NCBI GenBank assembly: GCA_965261005.1
Contig: OZ253375.1
Span: 288,001 to 352,000 of the forward strand
DNA from: Deinococcus sp.
GTDB lineage: Bacteria; Deinococcota; Deinococci; Deinococcales; Deinococcaceae
Length of the DNA: 64,000 nt
Direction: 5' to 3'
Within the stretch, counting starts at the first letter, position 1. Every line of letters starts with the position of its first letter. The position numbers and the translations under genes are program-made. Shown piece by piece: positions 10,193 through 18,457 of this stretch. Under the pieces are notes generated by a model, which worked only from the letters and a program-made list of their open reading frames with translations, was not told the origin of the DNA and made no database searches.

Positions 10193-10620
10193 TACTTTCT
10201 CCCCAAGATGTGCTTCTTGAGCGGGATGACCCAGCTCTCGTCAAAGCTCTTGGTTTTCCCGATGAACTGAAGCGCGCCGCCCTTGCCTGCCGTCGGATAA
10301 GCCGCCGTTGTCAGCTCGTAGTTGGCTAATCCTGGTCTGTTACCGCTGGGGCGGGGTACACCCCAAGTTGCCAGCTCGCTCCTCGGAATTCTGAGGATGA
10401 CTTCAGGGAAGCCGTCGGTGTAGCTGTACCAGCGCCCTTCCAGTTGTCCGAAGTACGCCGCGTCCTCAGCTGCCGTCAGGTTCTTGTTGCTCATGAAGCT
10501 GGCGGGAATGTACCCCTTCTCGGTGTACTGTTTGACCGAAAACCAACTGGTCGCTCGGTAGACGTACTCAGTGTCCGCCAGTATGTCGTCCAGCAGCGCT
10601 TAGTATTCCTTGCCCAAGCG
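10192..10620 (-). pseudogene. Orphan toxin C-terminal cassette (tip 3)
   Basis: Near copy of the 3' end of the 15693-18179 gene from RLGKEY onward; CAA>TAA at 10600-10602; no N-terminal delivery domain. Confidence 0.85.
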
Positions 10621-10622
10621 CG

Positions 10623-10913
10623 CTAAGCGGCTTCAACGGTGCCGTCGTTGCGGAGTTCGTAGTTCAGCTCGGCCCAGTAGCCGGGTAGACCGGGTAAATC
10701 TGGCTCGACCAGGGCGTAAACCCGCCGGCTCTGTCGGTGTGCGAACCAATGTTCCTCAATGCCGCCGACAGCTGCCGTGGAGGTCAGCGGACGGACCTCC
10801 ACGAACTCGGCGCTGCTCCTCAGCTGATTGAAGAGGGCCTGCCACTCGTCATGAGCGTGCACGCCGTCGAAATCAAGTTCTTGTCTCAACAACCCTTCGG
10901 TGAATGTCGTCAC
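10623..10913 (-). CDS. Putative orphan immunity protein of a second, unrelated type
   Basis: Small acidic protein (EEHWFAH...VYALVEPDLPGLPGYW). Its GTG start overlaps the TGA of an upstream fragment, and it lies inside the cassette array. Confidence 0.6.
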   Translation of the reverse strand: MTTFTEGLLRQELDFDGVHAHDEWQALFNQLRSSAEFVEVRPLTSTAAVGGIEEHWFAHRQSRRVYALVEPDLPGLPGYWAELNYELRNDGTVEAA

Positions 10914-11110
10914 TTCAGCTCTCCCCTTTGCCGAATCCAAGCTTCGGGCACGCGAAAGCCACCTTCCAGCGCGTCGCTTGCGTGACCTTCACGCGGGCCG
11001 TGCCTTGAGGAGACGTTGAAAGCCAAGACCATTCCGGGTCAAGCGCGGCGTCTATATGGGCTTGCAGCGAACTGAGCGCCCTTCCAGTTGACCGAAGTAC
11101 GCCGCGTCCC
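10910..11110 (-). pseudogene. Toxin stub (DAAYFGQLEGR) fused to a degenerate remnant of a different toxin tip
   Basis: About 35 nt match the toxin junction, then unrelated sequence encodes SLQAHIDAALDPEW and, in another frame, GGFRVPEAWIRQRGELK*. Confidence 0.5.
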
Positions 11111-11203
11111 GTCAGCAGATGTGCTTCATATGAACCGTGATGATACCTGGCACGTCGAATGCTTCTGCGTCCGGTCCTTTGATCTTGCGGGCGTACCGAT
11201 TCC

Positions 11204-12368
11204 CTCAGTACCCGACAGGAAGGTCTAAAGGTTGTGTGACACGAGGAGAGACAGCAGAGCCGGGGCAAACTGTGGTTGATGAGTACCCAGCCCCCCGGCA
11301 CCACTGACGCTACCCTGCGCGCGCTCGTGGCGCAACACCTGCCCGGACGCCGCTCTGACCAGCGCGCTCGTCTCGCCGATATGTTGCTCGCTACCGTCCA
11401 CGCCCAGCACGTCACTCACCGCAAACTCGCTCAGCACTTGCCGGGTGACGCCCGACCCGAAAGCAAAGAACGTCGCGTCGCCCGCTTCTTCGCCGCAGAG
11501 ACCTTCACTCAGCACGAGGCCGCCCAACTGATCCTGCCGCTGTTGGGGAGCGGCAAGTTGACGCTCGCGATGGACCGCACCAACTGGCGCTATGGGCAAT
11601 ATGATCACAACATCTTGGTGATTGGGGCGGTGTTTGCTGGCTACGCTCTCCCCTTGGTGTGGGACGTGCTGGACCACGGCGGCGCCAGTTCGACTGCCGC
11701 GCGCATCGCGCTGCTCGACCGGCTGCTGAGCGTCATTCCCGCACAGCGCATTGCGGTGCTGCTGGCCGACCGTGAGTTCGTGGGCAAAGACTGGTTCGCG
11801 GCCCTGGAACAACGACGGCTCAAGCGCTGCATCCGCATTCGTGAGGACACCCTGCTCGATGACATCGCGGTTCGAGACGCCTTTGCACACCTGACGCCCG
11901 GCGAGGTGCGCGGCCTGCTCGACAAAGAGGTGGTCTACGGCGCTGAGATGCAGGTGGTTGCCACGCTGTCTAGCGAGGGCGAGCGGGTGGTGATCGCCTC
12001 GGACCTCTCGCTGTTCGACACCTGTGAGCGCTACCGGTCGCGCTGGTGCATCGAATGCACCTTCGGCGCTTACAAGCTGCGCGGCCTCAATCGGGAGGCG
12101 ACCCACATGACCGACCCTGCCCGCATCGAAACGCTGGTCAGCTTGCTCACGGTCGCCTTCGTCTGGGCGCTGCTGGTCGGTCTGGTGCGGGAACAAGAGG
12201 CGCCCGTACGGCTCAAAACGCACGGGCGCAAAGCCAAGAGCACCTTCCTGACCGGCCTCGATCTGCTTGTGGACGCCCTCAAGTGGAACCTTGAGCGCGC
12301 AAGGTCTTGTCTGGCCCTCCTCTTCCCGGCCCTTCAGATGCCACCGACCCTACCTGTCGGGTACTGAG
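11204..12368 (+). mobile_element. IS4-family insertion sequence (intact)
   Basis: Perfect 16-bp IR CTCAGTACCCGACAGG; 9-bp TSD ACCGATTCC (11195-11203, 12369-12377). Confidence 0.95.
11276..12367 (+). CDS. IS4-family DDE transposase
   Basis: MDRTNW, LLADREF and [15 protein letters not shown] (YREK-type) motifs. Confidence 0.93.
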   Translation: MMSTQPPGTTDATLRALVAQHLPGRRSDQRARLADMLLATVHAQHVTHRKLAQHLPGDARPESKERRVARFFAAETFTQHEAAQLILPLLGSGKLTLAMDRTNWRYGQYDHNILVIGAVFAGYALPLVWDVLDHGGASSTAARIALLDRLLSVIPAQRIAVLLADREFVGKDWFAALEQRRLKRCIRIREDTLLDDIAVRDAFAHLTPGEVRGLLDKEVVYGAEMQVVATLSSEGERVVIASDLSLFDTCERYRSRWCIECTFGAYKLRGLNREATHMTDPARIETLVSLLTVAFVWALLVGLVREQEAPVRLKTHGRKAKSTFLTGLDLLVDALKWNLERARSCLALLFPALQMPPTLPVGY

Positions 12369-13020
12369 ACCGATTCCACTCCGTCTGTTCGAGGAAGCAG
12401 TGAACTTGAGTTTTGATTTGATCAATCATCCAAGGGAAGTCGTCTTCATCTATCGGCTCCAACGACTGCACGTCCCTGAGGGCCTGACAGAAAGTATGAG
12501 AAAGCGTCCCCGCTGTGGGACACTTTCTGTTTGTGAAGACCGAAAATGCCAGCGGGGACGCTGCCCGACTCTATCAAGCTGTTCTCGCTCAGCTCCAGAC
12601 TGCTCTCTGGAACGACATCCGCAATGCGCGTACCCTCGCTTGGATGGTCAGCGGCCTGCTGCTCTCCCAGCGCAGCTCTATCCCCGCTTGGCTCCCTCAC
12701 ATCCACTCTCGTGCCACCTTCGCGCAAAGCAGCGAACGCCGAGTTCGTCGGTGGCTGGAGAATCCAGCCGTTGATCCCACCAGTGTTTACGGTCCGCTGA
12801 TCACCCGTGCCCTCCGCGACTGGGGCAGACATCCCCTGATCCTGGCCCTGGATACCAGCGTCCTGTTCGAGAAGTTTTGCCTGATCCGCGTCTCGGTGCT
12901 CTTTCGGGGACGAGCAGTTCCGCTGGTCTCGCGTGTCCTTGAACATTCCAGCGCCCAGGTCAGCACCGCCCACCTGCTCCCCGTGCTGGCCGAAGTCAAG
13001 GGGATGCTCGACTTCCTTGG

Positions 13021-14209
13021 CTGACATGTTGCAGATTTCATAGGGGTTGTCTGGAACGCGGTTTTGGCCCCAAGCTGGGGTGTGAATCCAAAAGAAGCAC
13101 GTTCCAGACAACTCTATTCTGACATCCTCAAGAGCTTCGCTCGTAAGCAGCACCGCGACTCGTTGCGCGTCTTCCTCGACTTGCTCCTCGAAGCCAAGGG
13201 CCGACCATTCCCCAGTCAAGCCACCGTCAAGTCTCCCGCTGCCATCAGCCGGTTTCTCAACCACTACGGCTGGTCCACCCGCTCCCTCGTTCGCGCCCTG
13301 CGTCACCACGCTCAGCAAACGCTCCTCGACTTCTGGCGCTCAGCTCCCCACCAGCGTCCCCGCCTCGAACTCTTGATCGACCTCACCAGCTTGGAAAAGA
13401 CCGGCCACTTTGAGCAGTTGGATGACTGGATGCACGTCTACAACGGCGTCCACGGCGTTCATCTGGTCGTCCTCTACCTCTGCTGTGGTCCGCTCCGCTT
13501 GCCCTGGGCCGTCCAGGTCTGGCGCGGTAAAGGCACCCCCTCACCCGCCGTGCTGGCCCTTAAACTGCTCCGCAGCGTTCCCAAGGGGTTGCTCAGCAGC
13601 GGTCGAAAGGCGCGCGTGCATGCCGACGGCGGCTTCGAGTGTGCCACCTTCATCCACGGTGTCCTCGACGTTGGGTTCGATCTGATCGTGGGCGTGCGCA
13701 AAAACCGCAAGCTCGCAGATGGCCGCACCGTCGCCGACCTCACCGTGCGTGGCTCGACCGTCACCCCTCAAGGACTGCGTCAGCACATGACCGTCTCTTG
13801 GGTTTGGCTGTACCGCAACACGCAGCCCGAACAGCGTTTCGTGATGTCCAGCTGCAAACTGGGCGGTGTCTACCTGGCCCGTGTAGGCAAACGTCGCTGG
13901 AAGATCGAGGCGTTCTTCAAAACCATCAAAGGCCGTTTCGGTTTGGAACGCTTTGCCCAGCACAGCAAACAGGGCGCCTTCCGCTTTTGGTGCCTCTCGA
14001 CCTTGGCCTTCCTGCTGTGTCACTTGGCCGATCTCGACTTGCCACCACGGCCACCTGGCGAGTGGCCGGATTGGGGTGAACTGGCCAAAGCCCTGCGGCT
14101 CACCCTGCTCGCCGACGTGCGCCGTGCCGCCCTGCTCCTCGAACTCGCCGACCTCGACGCCGCTCAAGACGCCATCCCTACCCACGCTCCTTAAACTGCA
14201 ATATGTCAG
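13021..14209 (+). mobile_element. Nested IS (IS701-like)
   Basis: IRs CTGACATGTTGCAGATT / CTGACATATTGCAGTTT; 4-bp TSD TTGG (13017-13020, 14210-14213). Confidence 0.9.
13064..14194 (+). CDS. DDE transposase (IS701-like)
   Basis: [18 protein letters not shown] and [18 protein letters not shown]; probable GTG start at 13082. Confidence 0.88.
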   Translation: MAPSWGVNPKEARSRQLYSDILKSFARKQHRDSLRVFLDLLLEAKGRPFPSQATVKSPAAISRFLNHYGWSTRSLVRALRHHAQQTLLDFWRSAPHQRPRLELLIDLTSLEKTGHFEQLDDWMHVYNGVHGVHLVVLYLCCGPLRLPWAVQVWRGKGTPSPAVLALKLLRSVPKGLLSSGRKARVHADGGFECATFIHGVLDVGFDLIVGVRKNRKLADGRTVADLTVRGSTVTPQGLRQHMTVSWVWLYRNTQPEQRFVMSSCKLGGVYLARVGKRRWKIEAFFKTIKGRFGLERFAQHSKQGAFRFWCLSTLAFLLCHLADLDLPPRPPGEWPDWGELAKALRLTLLADVRRAALLLELADLDAAQDAIPTHAP

Positions 14210-15095
14210 TTGGCCTACATCAAGTTCGCCTGCTGGCCGATCGAGGGTTCTGCGATACGGAACTGATGGCGTGGCTCCGAGTCTGCGGCTGGCATTACCG
14301 CATCCGCATCAAATCGAGCTTGATTCTGGCTGCTCCAGATGGACAGCGGTTGTGCAAGGTGGGTGAGGTGCGACTTTCGCCCAGAGAGACCCGTTGCTTT
14401 CACAACATCACCTTGACTGGACAGCACTTCGGTTCCGTTCACGTCGCTCTGGGCCGTCCGACAGACGGCCTAGAGCAGTGGCAGGTGGTGAGTGACGAAC
14501 CGACGAGCGTGAAGACGTTTACCGAGTACGGCGCACGCTTCCAGATCGAAGAGGGGTTTCTGGACGAGAAAAGCGGCCTCTTCGATCTGGAAGATGCCAA
14601 ACTTCGCGATGTGGCCAGCCTGGAGCGGCTGGTCTTGGTCATCTCGGTCGCTACGCTTCTGCTCGTCTCGGAGGGACTTCAGACCGTACACAGCGGCGCT
14701 CGCCGAGTGGTTGATCCCCACTGGCAGCGGGGATTGAGCTATCTCAAAATCGGTCTACGGGCCGTTCAGTACGCCCTCAGCCGGGGTCAGGCGGTGTTCA
14801 CCCGCCTGATCCTCCAGGGTGGCCCTGACCCTGAACCGCTGGGGACTCGAAAGCGCCCTCGTCCTACCCCACTGACCACGCTCGAAGTCGGCTGGAAGCT
14901 CGTTTTTCGCTCACCCTCATAAAATCTGTCAGGCCGTCAGCTGCACGTCCTCAGACCTTAATGCTACTAATGCAAGCTTCTCGATTAGCGTGTCCGTCAC
15001 GTCATCTTTACAATCTAAATCTTTGTAGAGTATCGCTAAGACATCTGCGGCGAGAGAATTTGCTCTTCGTTGTACGTCAATGTCAGGTCTCCTCA

Positions 15096-15371
15096 TCACC
15101 TCCTCCCGCTAATGTGCTTCTTGAGTGGAACGATCCAACTCTCGTCGAAGCTCTTGGTTTCCCCAATAAATTGCAAAGCTCCGCCCTTGCCGGCCGTCGG
15201 GTAAGCCGCCGTCGTCAACTCGTAGTTGGCGAGAGTGTCTCGATCACCCGATGGCCGGGGAACACGCCAGCTTTCCAGTTCTTTTCTAGGGATCCTGAGA
15301 ATGACTTCAGGTAAACCATCGGTGTAGCTGTACCAGCGCCCTTCCAGTTGACCGAAGTACGCCGCATCCTC
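15096..15371 (-). pseudogene. Orphan toxin C-terminal cassette (tip 2), no start codon
   Basis: Open frame EDAAYFGQLEGRWYSYTDGLPEVILRIPRKELESWRVPRPSGDRDTLANYELTTAAYPTAGKGGALQFIGETKSFDESWIVPLKKHISGRR*, beginning 1 nt after the immunity-1 stop. Confidence 0.9.
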
Positions 15372-15372
15372 G

Positions 15373-15693
15373 TTAGCAGATGTGCTTCATGCGAGTTGTA
15401 ATAGAGGCTGCCATGTCGAAGTGTTCGCCTTCAGGACCCTTGATAAGATCAGCGTAACTATCCCACTCCGTCTGTTCAAGGAAGCAGTGCGCCCTCCATT
15501 TGGCGTCGTCTACCATCCAAGGATAGTCTTTTGGATGAATCTCGTCGTAGGACTGAAGAACAGGGATCGCATACTGTTCAATCAAAGCGTCCGTGATTTC
15601 TTCCTTACCGTTCAAGTGCTTGTAGAGTTCAATCAACGTATGAGCCGTTATAGTCGCTCCATACGTTTGAATGTGGAAATCCGGCTCCTTCAT
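15373..15693 (-). CDS. Putative cognate immunity protein, allele 1
   Basis: 106 aa, acidic, TAATG-coupled to the toxin stop, AT-richer than the chromosome. Confidence 0.82.
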   Translation of the reverse strand: MKEPDFHIQTYGATITAHTLIELYKHLNGKEEITDALIEQYAIPVLQSYDEIHPKDYPWMVDDAKWRAHCFLEQTEWDSYADLIKGPEGEHFDMAASITTRMKHIC

Positions 15694-18179
15694 TACTTTC
15701 TCCCTGAAATGTGCTTCTTAAGCGGGATGACCCAACTCTCGTCGAAGCTTTTGGTTTTTCCGAGGAATTGCAGCGCCCCACCTTTGCCCGCCGTTGGATA
15801 GGCCGCTGTCGTCAGCTCGTAGTTGGCGAGGTCCACGTTGTTGCCGCTGGGCCTCGGCACTTCCCAAGTTGCCAGTTCGCTCCTCGGGATTCTGAGAATG
15901 ACTTCGGGAAGGCCGTCGGTATAGCTATACCAGCGTCCTTCCAGCTGTCCGAAGTACGCCGCGTCCTCAGCTGCCGTCAGGTTCTTATTGCTCATGAAGC
16001 TGGCAGGAATGTACCCCTTCTCGGTGTACTGTTTGACCGAAAACCAACTGGTCGCTCGGTAGACGTACTCGGTGTCCGCCAACATGTCGTCCAGCAGCGC
16101 TTGGTACTCCTTGCCCAAGCGCGTGTCCTGCGCTTTCTCGGCGGGCGACAGGCTCTTGCGCTGACGCGGGTTCTTACCTTGGTAGAGCGCGTCCTTCAAG
16201 TTATGGAGTTTTTCCTGATCTAGCTTATTTGTCACTTTCTTCTCCAGCAGCTTGACTTGTTCTGGCGTGAGCTTGCTCAGCTCGACGGGGTGCTTGAGCT
16301 TCAGCTCCACCAGCCGGGGCACGAACTTGGGTTGGACGCTCTGCGGGTCCACTTCGCGCAGGGCTGCCCGCACCTGGTCCAGCGGGTACGTCTTCAACAG
16401 CTTTTCAAGAAGCTTAGGATCGCCGACCTTGTTCAGCATCGGCTTGAGTTCCAGCGGATCGGGTACCAGCGTTTGCAGCTTGCCGCCGAAGAGCTTGCTT
16501 GCCCCCTGCTTGAGCGCTCCCTTGGCGCCCAGCTCTGCCCCCTCTTTCGCCAGCTTGCCCGTCCCGAGCGTCCCGAGCGTCAGGCCGATGCCCGCCAAAG
16601 CGTCGAAGCGGTTGCCCTGCTGCCCTTCCAAGGTGTGCCCGCTCTTCAGCACCGACAGATCGTTCACGCTCAGGGTGTCGGCCAGCAAGCGCCCCGCCCC
16701 GCGCGTGACGCTGGCCCGGGTGAACTGCCCGCGCTCGTCGCGGAACAGGTCCGGGAGGTGGGCCAGCCCTTTGACCATGTTGACGCCCTGCACATCGGGT
16801 CGCCAACTGCCGCTCAGCGACTCGGCCAGTTCGGCGTAGCCGCTCCGTTTGAGCTGGTTGACCAGGGCGGCTTGCAAGTCAAAGGAGAGGACGGCGCTCA
16901 CCTGGCTGGCCCAGTCTTGCCACACGCCACGCGGCTTTCCCGGCTCGGCCAAACGTTGCACGATGCGAGCAGAGGTGTTGAGGGAGGCGAACTTGTCCGC
17001 CACCGGCGCCTTGAGAACGCTCGGGATGTTCTTGGCGGAAGCGTTCTGTGCAAACGCCTTGCCCGCCAGCCTGGCTTCCTGCTCCAAGCCAGCGTCAGGG
17101 TCAATGCCCTTGCCCGCGACCTTGCCCTGGGCCTGCTGCACGGTGTGCGTCACCTCGTGGGCCAGCAGCTCTTGCCCTTCGGCGCTCTCGGTGTCCAGCT
17201 TGCCGTGCTGAAAGAAAATGTCCGTTCCGGTAGTGGCGGCGATGGCCTGAACCGACTTCGCAAAGCTGTGGGCGGCAGGGTCGGCGTGGACCCGCACCGT
17301 TTGCAAGTGTTCTCTCGGAATGTTCAGCCCCACTTCCAATTGCCGCTGTACCGCGAGAGGCAGGGGTTGACCGCTGCCCCTCGGGATCGCTTGGGGAGCA
17401 AGGGCGTCTTCCTCTGTCAGCTTCCGTTGCAAGGCGTGCAGTTCCAGCGCCTTCTGATCCTGCGCTTGGAATTGCTGATGCTCTTGTTCAGCCTCGTCCA
17501 GCGCTCTCTGCACCGAAGGCCGCTCACCGGCGGGTAAACGTTGCAGGACGACCTGTGCCACGTGTTTCCCTTGCGGCTGGCGTTGCACCAGGGCCAAGCT
17601 CTGCCCCAGCTCGGCGTAACGCTGGATGGTGGGGGAAGTGTCGCTTCGGAAGCGCTGCGCCAAGTCCTGCGCTGCCCGCTGCTGAATGGTCGGCCAGGCG
17701 GACATGGAGACGAAGCCGCTGTGCTGGTCGGCCTGCCGTTGCAACGACACCGCTTCATGGGCGTAGCGCTGGGCGTGGTCGGCGTAGGAGGGCTGTGATC
17801 TCGTGGGACCGCTGAAGATGGGGGGCAAGGCCGGCACCCCAGCTTGCTCAGCCTGACGTTGCAGCGCCGCTTGTAGGGTATCAGGAGGCAGCCCCTCGCT
17901 CAGCGCTTCGATCTGACGCTGTACGCTCAAACGGGCTTGCTGACGTTGCAGGGCAAAGCTACGTTGGACCTGGGCGGCTTCGAAGACCGGGGCGGCGCTC
18001 GAACGCTGGGCGAGGTCTGGTGTCGCGAAGAACTGCTGGTAGCGCTGCAACGTCTGCTGCTGTTGCTCTTGGTGCAGGGCCGCCTGATCCGGGATCGGCA
18101 GCGGAGGGATGTAGGCGATCTGCGGCGCTGCGGCTGCCCTTTGCTGACCTTGCGGCTTGCGCTCCTCGTAGTCGGATAT
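15693..18179 (-). CDS. DUF4157 (eCIS core domain) protein with C-terminal polymorphic toxin domain
   Basis: GQPLPLAVQRQLE...VRVHAD...AIAATTGTDIFF...ELLAHEVTHTVQQ (HExxH); many xQR motifs; C-terminal domain duplicated downstream. Start uncertain: AGGAGG precedes ATA at 18179, while the ORF track uses TTG 18263. Confidence 0.88.
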   Translation of the reverse strand: MSDYEERKPQGQQRAAAAPQIAYIPPLPIPDQAALHQEQQQQTLQRYQQFFATPDLAQRSSAAPVFEAAQVQRSFALQRQQARLSVQRQIEALSEGLPPDTLQAALQRQAEQAGVPALPPIFSGPTRSQPSYADHAQRYAHEAVSLQRQADQHSGFVSMSAWPTIQQRAAQDLAQRFRSDTSPTIQRYAELGQSLALVQRQPQGKHVAQVVLQRLPAGERPSVQRALDEAEQEHQQFQAQDQKALELHALQRKLTEEDALAPQAIPRGSGQPLPLAVQRQLEVGLNIPREHLQTVRVHADPAAHSFAKSVQAIAATTGTDIFFQHGKLDTESAEGQELLAHEVTHTVQQAQGKVAGKGIDPDAGLEQEARLAGKAFAQNASAKNIPSVLKAPVADKFASLNTSARIVQRLAEPGKPRGVWQDWASQVSAVLSFDLQAALVNQLKRSGYAELAESLSGSWRPDVQGVNMVKGLAHLPDLFRDERGQFTRASVTRGAGRLLADTLSVNDLSVLKSGHTLEGQQGNRFDALAGIGLTLGTLGTGKLAKEGAELGAKGALKQGASKLFGGKLQTLVPDPLELKPMLNKVGDPKLLEKLLKTYPLDQVRAALREVDPQSVQPKFVPRLVELKLKHPVELSKLTPEQVKLLEKKVTNKLDQEKLHNLKDALYQGKNPRQRKSLSPAEKAQDTRLGKEYQALLDDMLADTEYVYRATSWFSVKQYTEKGYIPASFMSNKNLTAAEDAAYFGQLEGRWYSYTDGLPEVILRIPRSELATWEVPRPSGNNVDLANYELTTAAYPTAGKGGALQFLGKTKSFDESWVIPLKKHISGRK

Positions 18180-18286
18180 TAGACCCTCCTGTGATGATCC
18201 CAGCGTACAAGGTTTTTGAAGACTGGAGCTATCCCTCCACCCCCTTCCCAGGGCGGGTGCCAACGCGAATGCTCTAGACTGCCCAC

Positions 18287-18457
18287 ATGTTGTGGGTTCT
18301 CGTCGTCGTGGTGGTGTTGTCGGCCAGCGGCATCCTGTACGCCTCCCTGGGTCCCCTGCGCAGGACGGCCAGCGCGCGCAGCTTGCGCGTGTTCGCCGCC
18401 ATTCAGTTCGCGCTGGCGGGTGTGTTGACCCTGGCGCGCATTTCGGGCTGGGCCTGA
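18287..18457 (+). CDS. Small two-TM membrane protein (56 aa), not in the ORF track
   Basis: MLWVLVVVVVLSASGILYASLGPLRRTASARSLRVFAAIQFALAGVLTLARISGWA*; TAGACT 6 nt upstream; TGATG overlap with the next gene. Confidence 0.75.
   Translation: MLWVLVVVVVLSASGILYASLGPLRRTASARSLRVFAAIQFALAGVLTLARISGWA

Larger units (their letters stand above)
12515..14922 (+). pseudogene. IS4-family transposase split in two halves
   Basis: 12515-13020 and 14214-14922 rejoin in frame as [23 protein letters not shown] and [17 protein letters not shown] motifs. Confidence 0.9.
12476..14940 (+). mobile_element. Second IS4-family element, interrupted by a nested IS
   Basis: 16-bp IR CTGA(G/C)GGCCTGACAGA with 1 mismatch; 10-bp TSD CTGCACGTCC (12466-12475, 14941-14950). 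Confidence 0.93.
11112..15096 (-). pseudogene. Immunity allele 2, split by three IS insertions
   Basis: Removing the ISs and one copy of each TSD leaves 336 nt, an intact 111-aa ORF MRRPDIDVQ...FPWMIDQ...[38 protein letters not shown]. Confidence 0.9.

Noticed and set aside
9880..15720. Shared GAAGCACAT near the ends of both toxin tips (KKHI) and immunity genes (MKHIC)
   Set aside because: Only 9 nt, and no observed breakpoint maps to it.
9854..15960. Repeated 11-bp motif as a CRISPR array
   Set aside because: Spacing is irregular (hundreds to thousands of nt), the repeats are protein-coding toxin sequence, and there are no cas genes.
10192..15970. Toxin-tip copies as diversity-generating retroelement TR/VR
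   Set aside because: No reverse transcriptase in the window, and differences include many non-adenine and synonymous changes.
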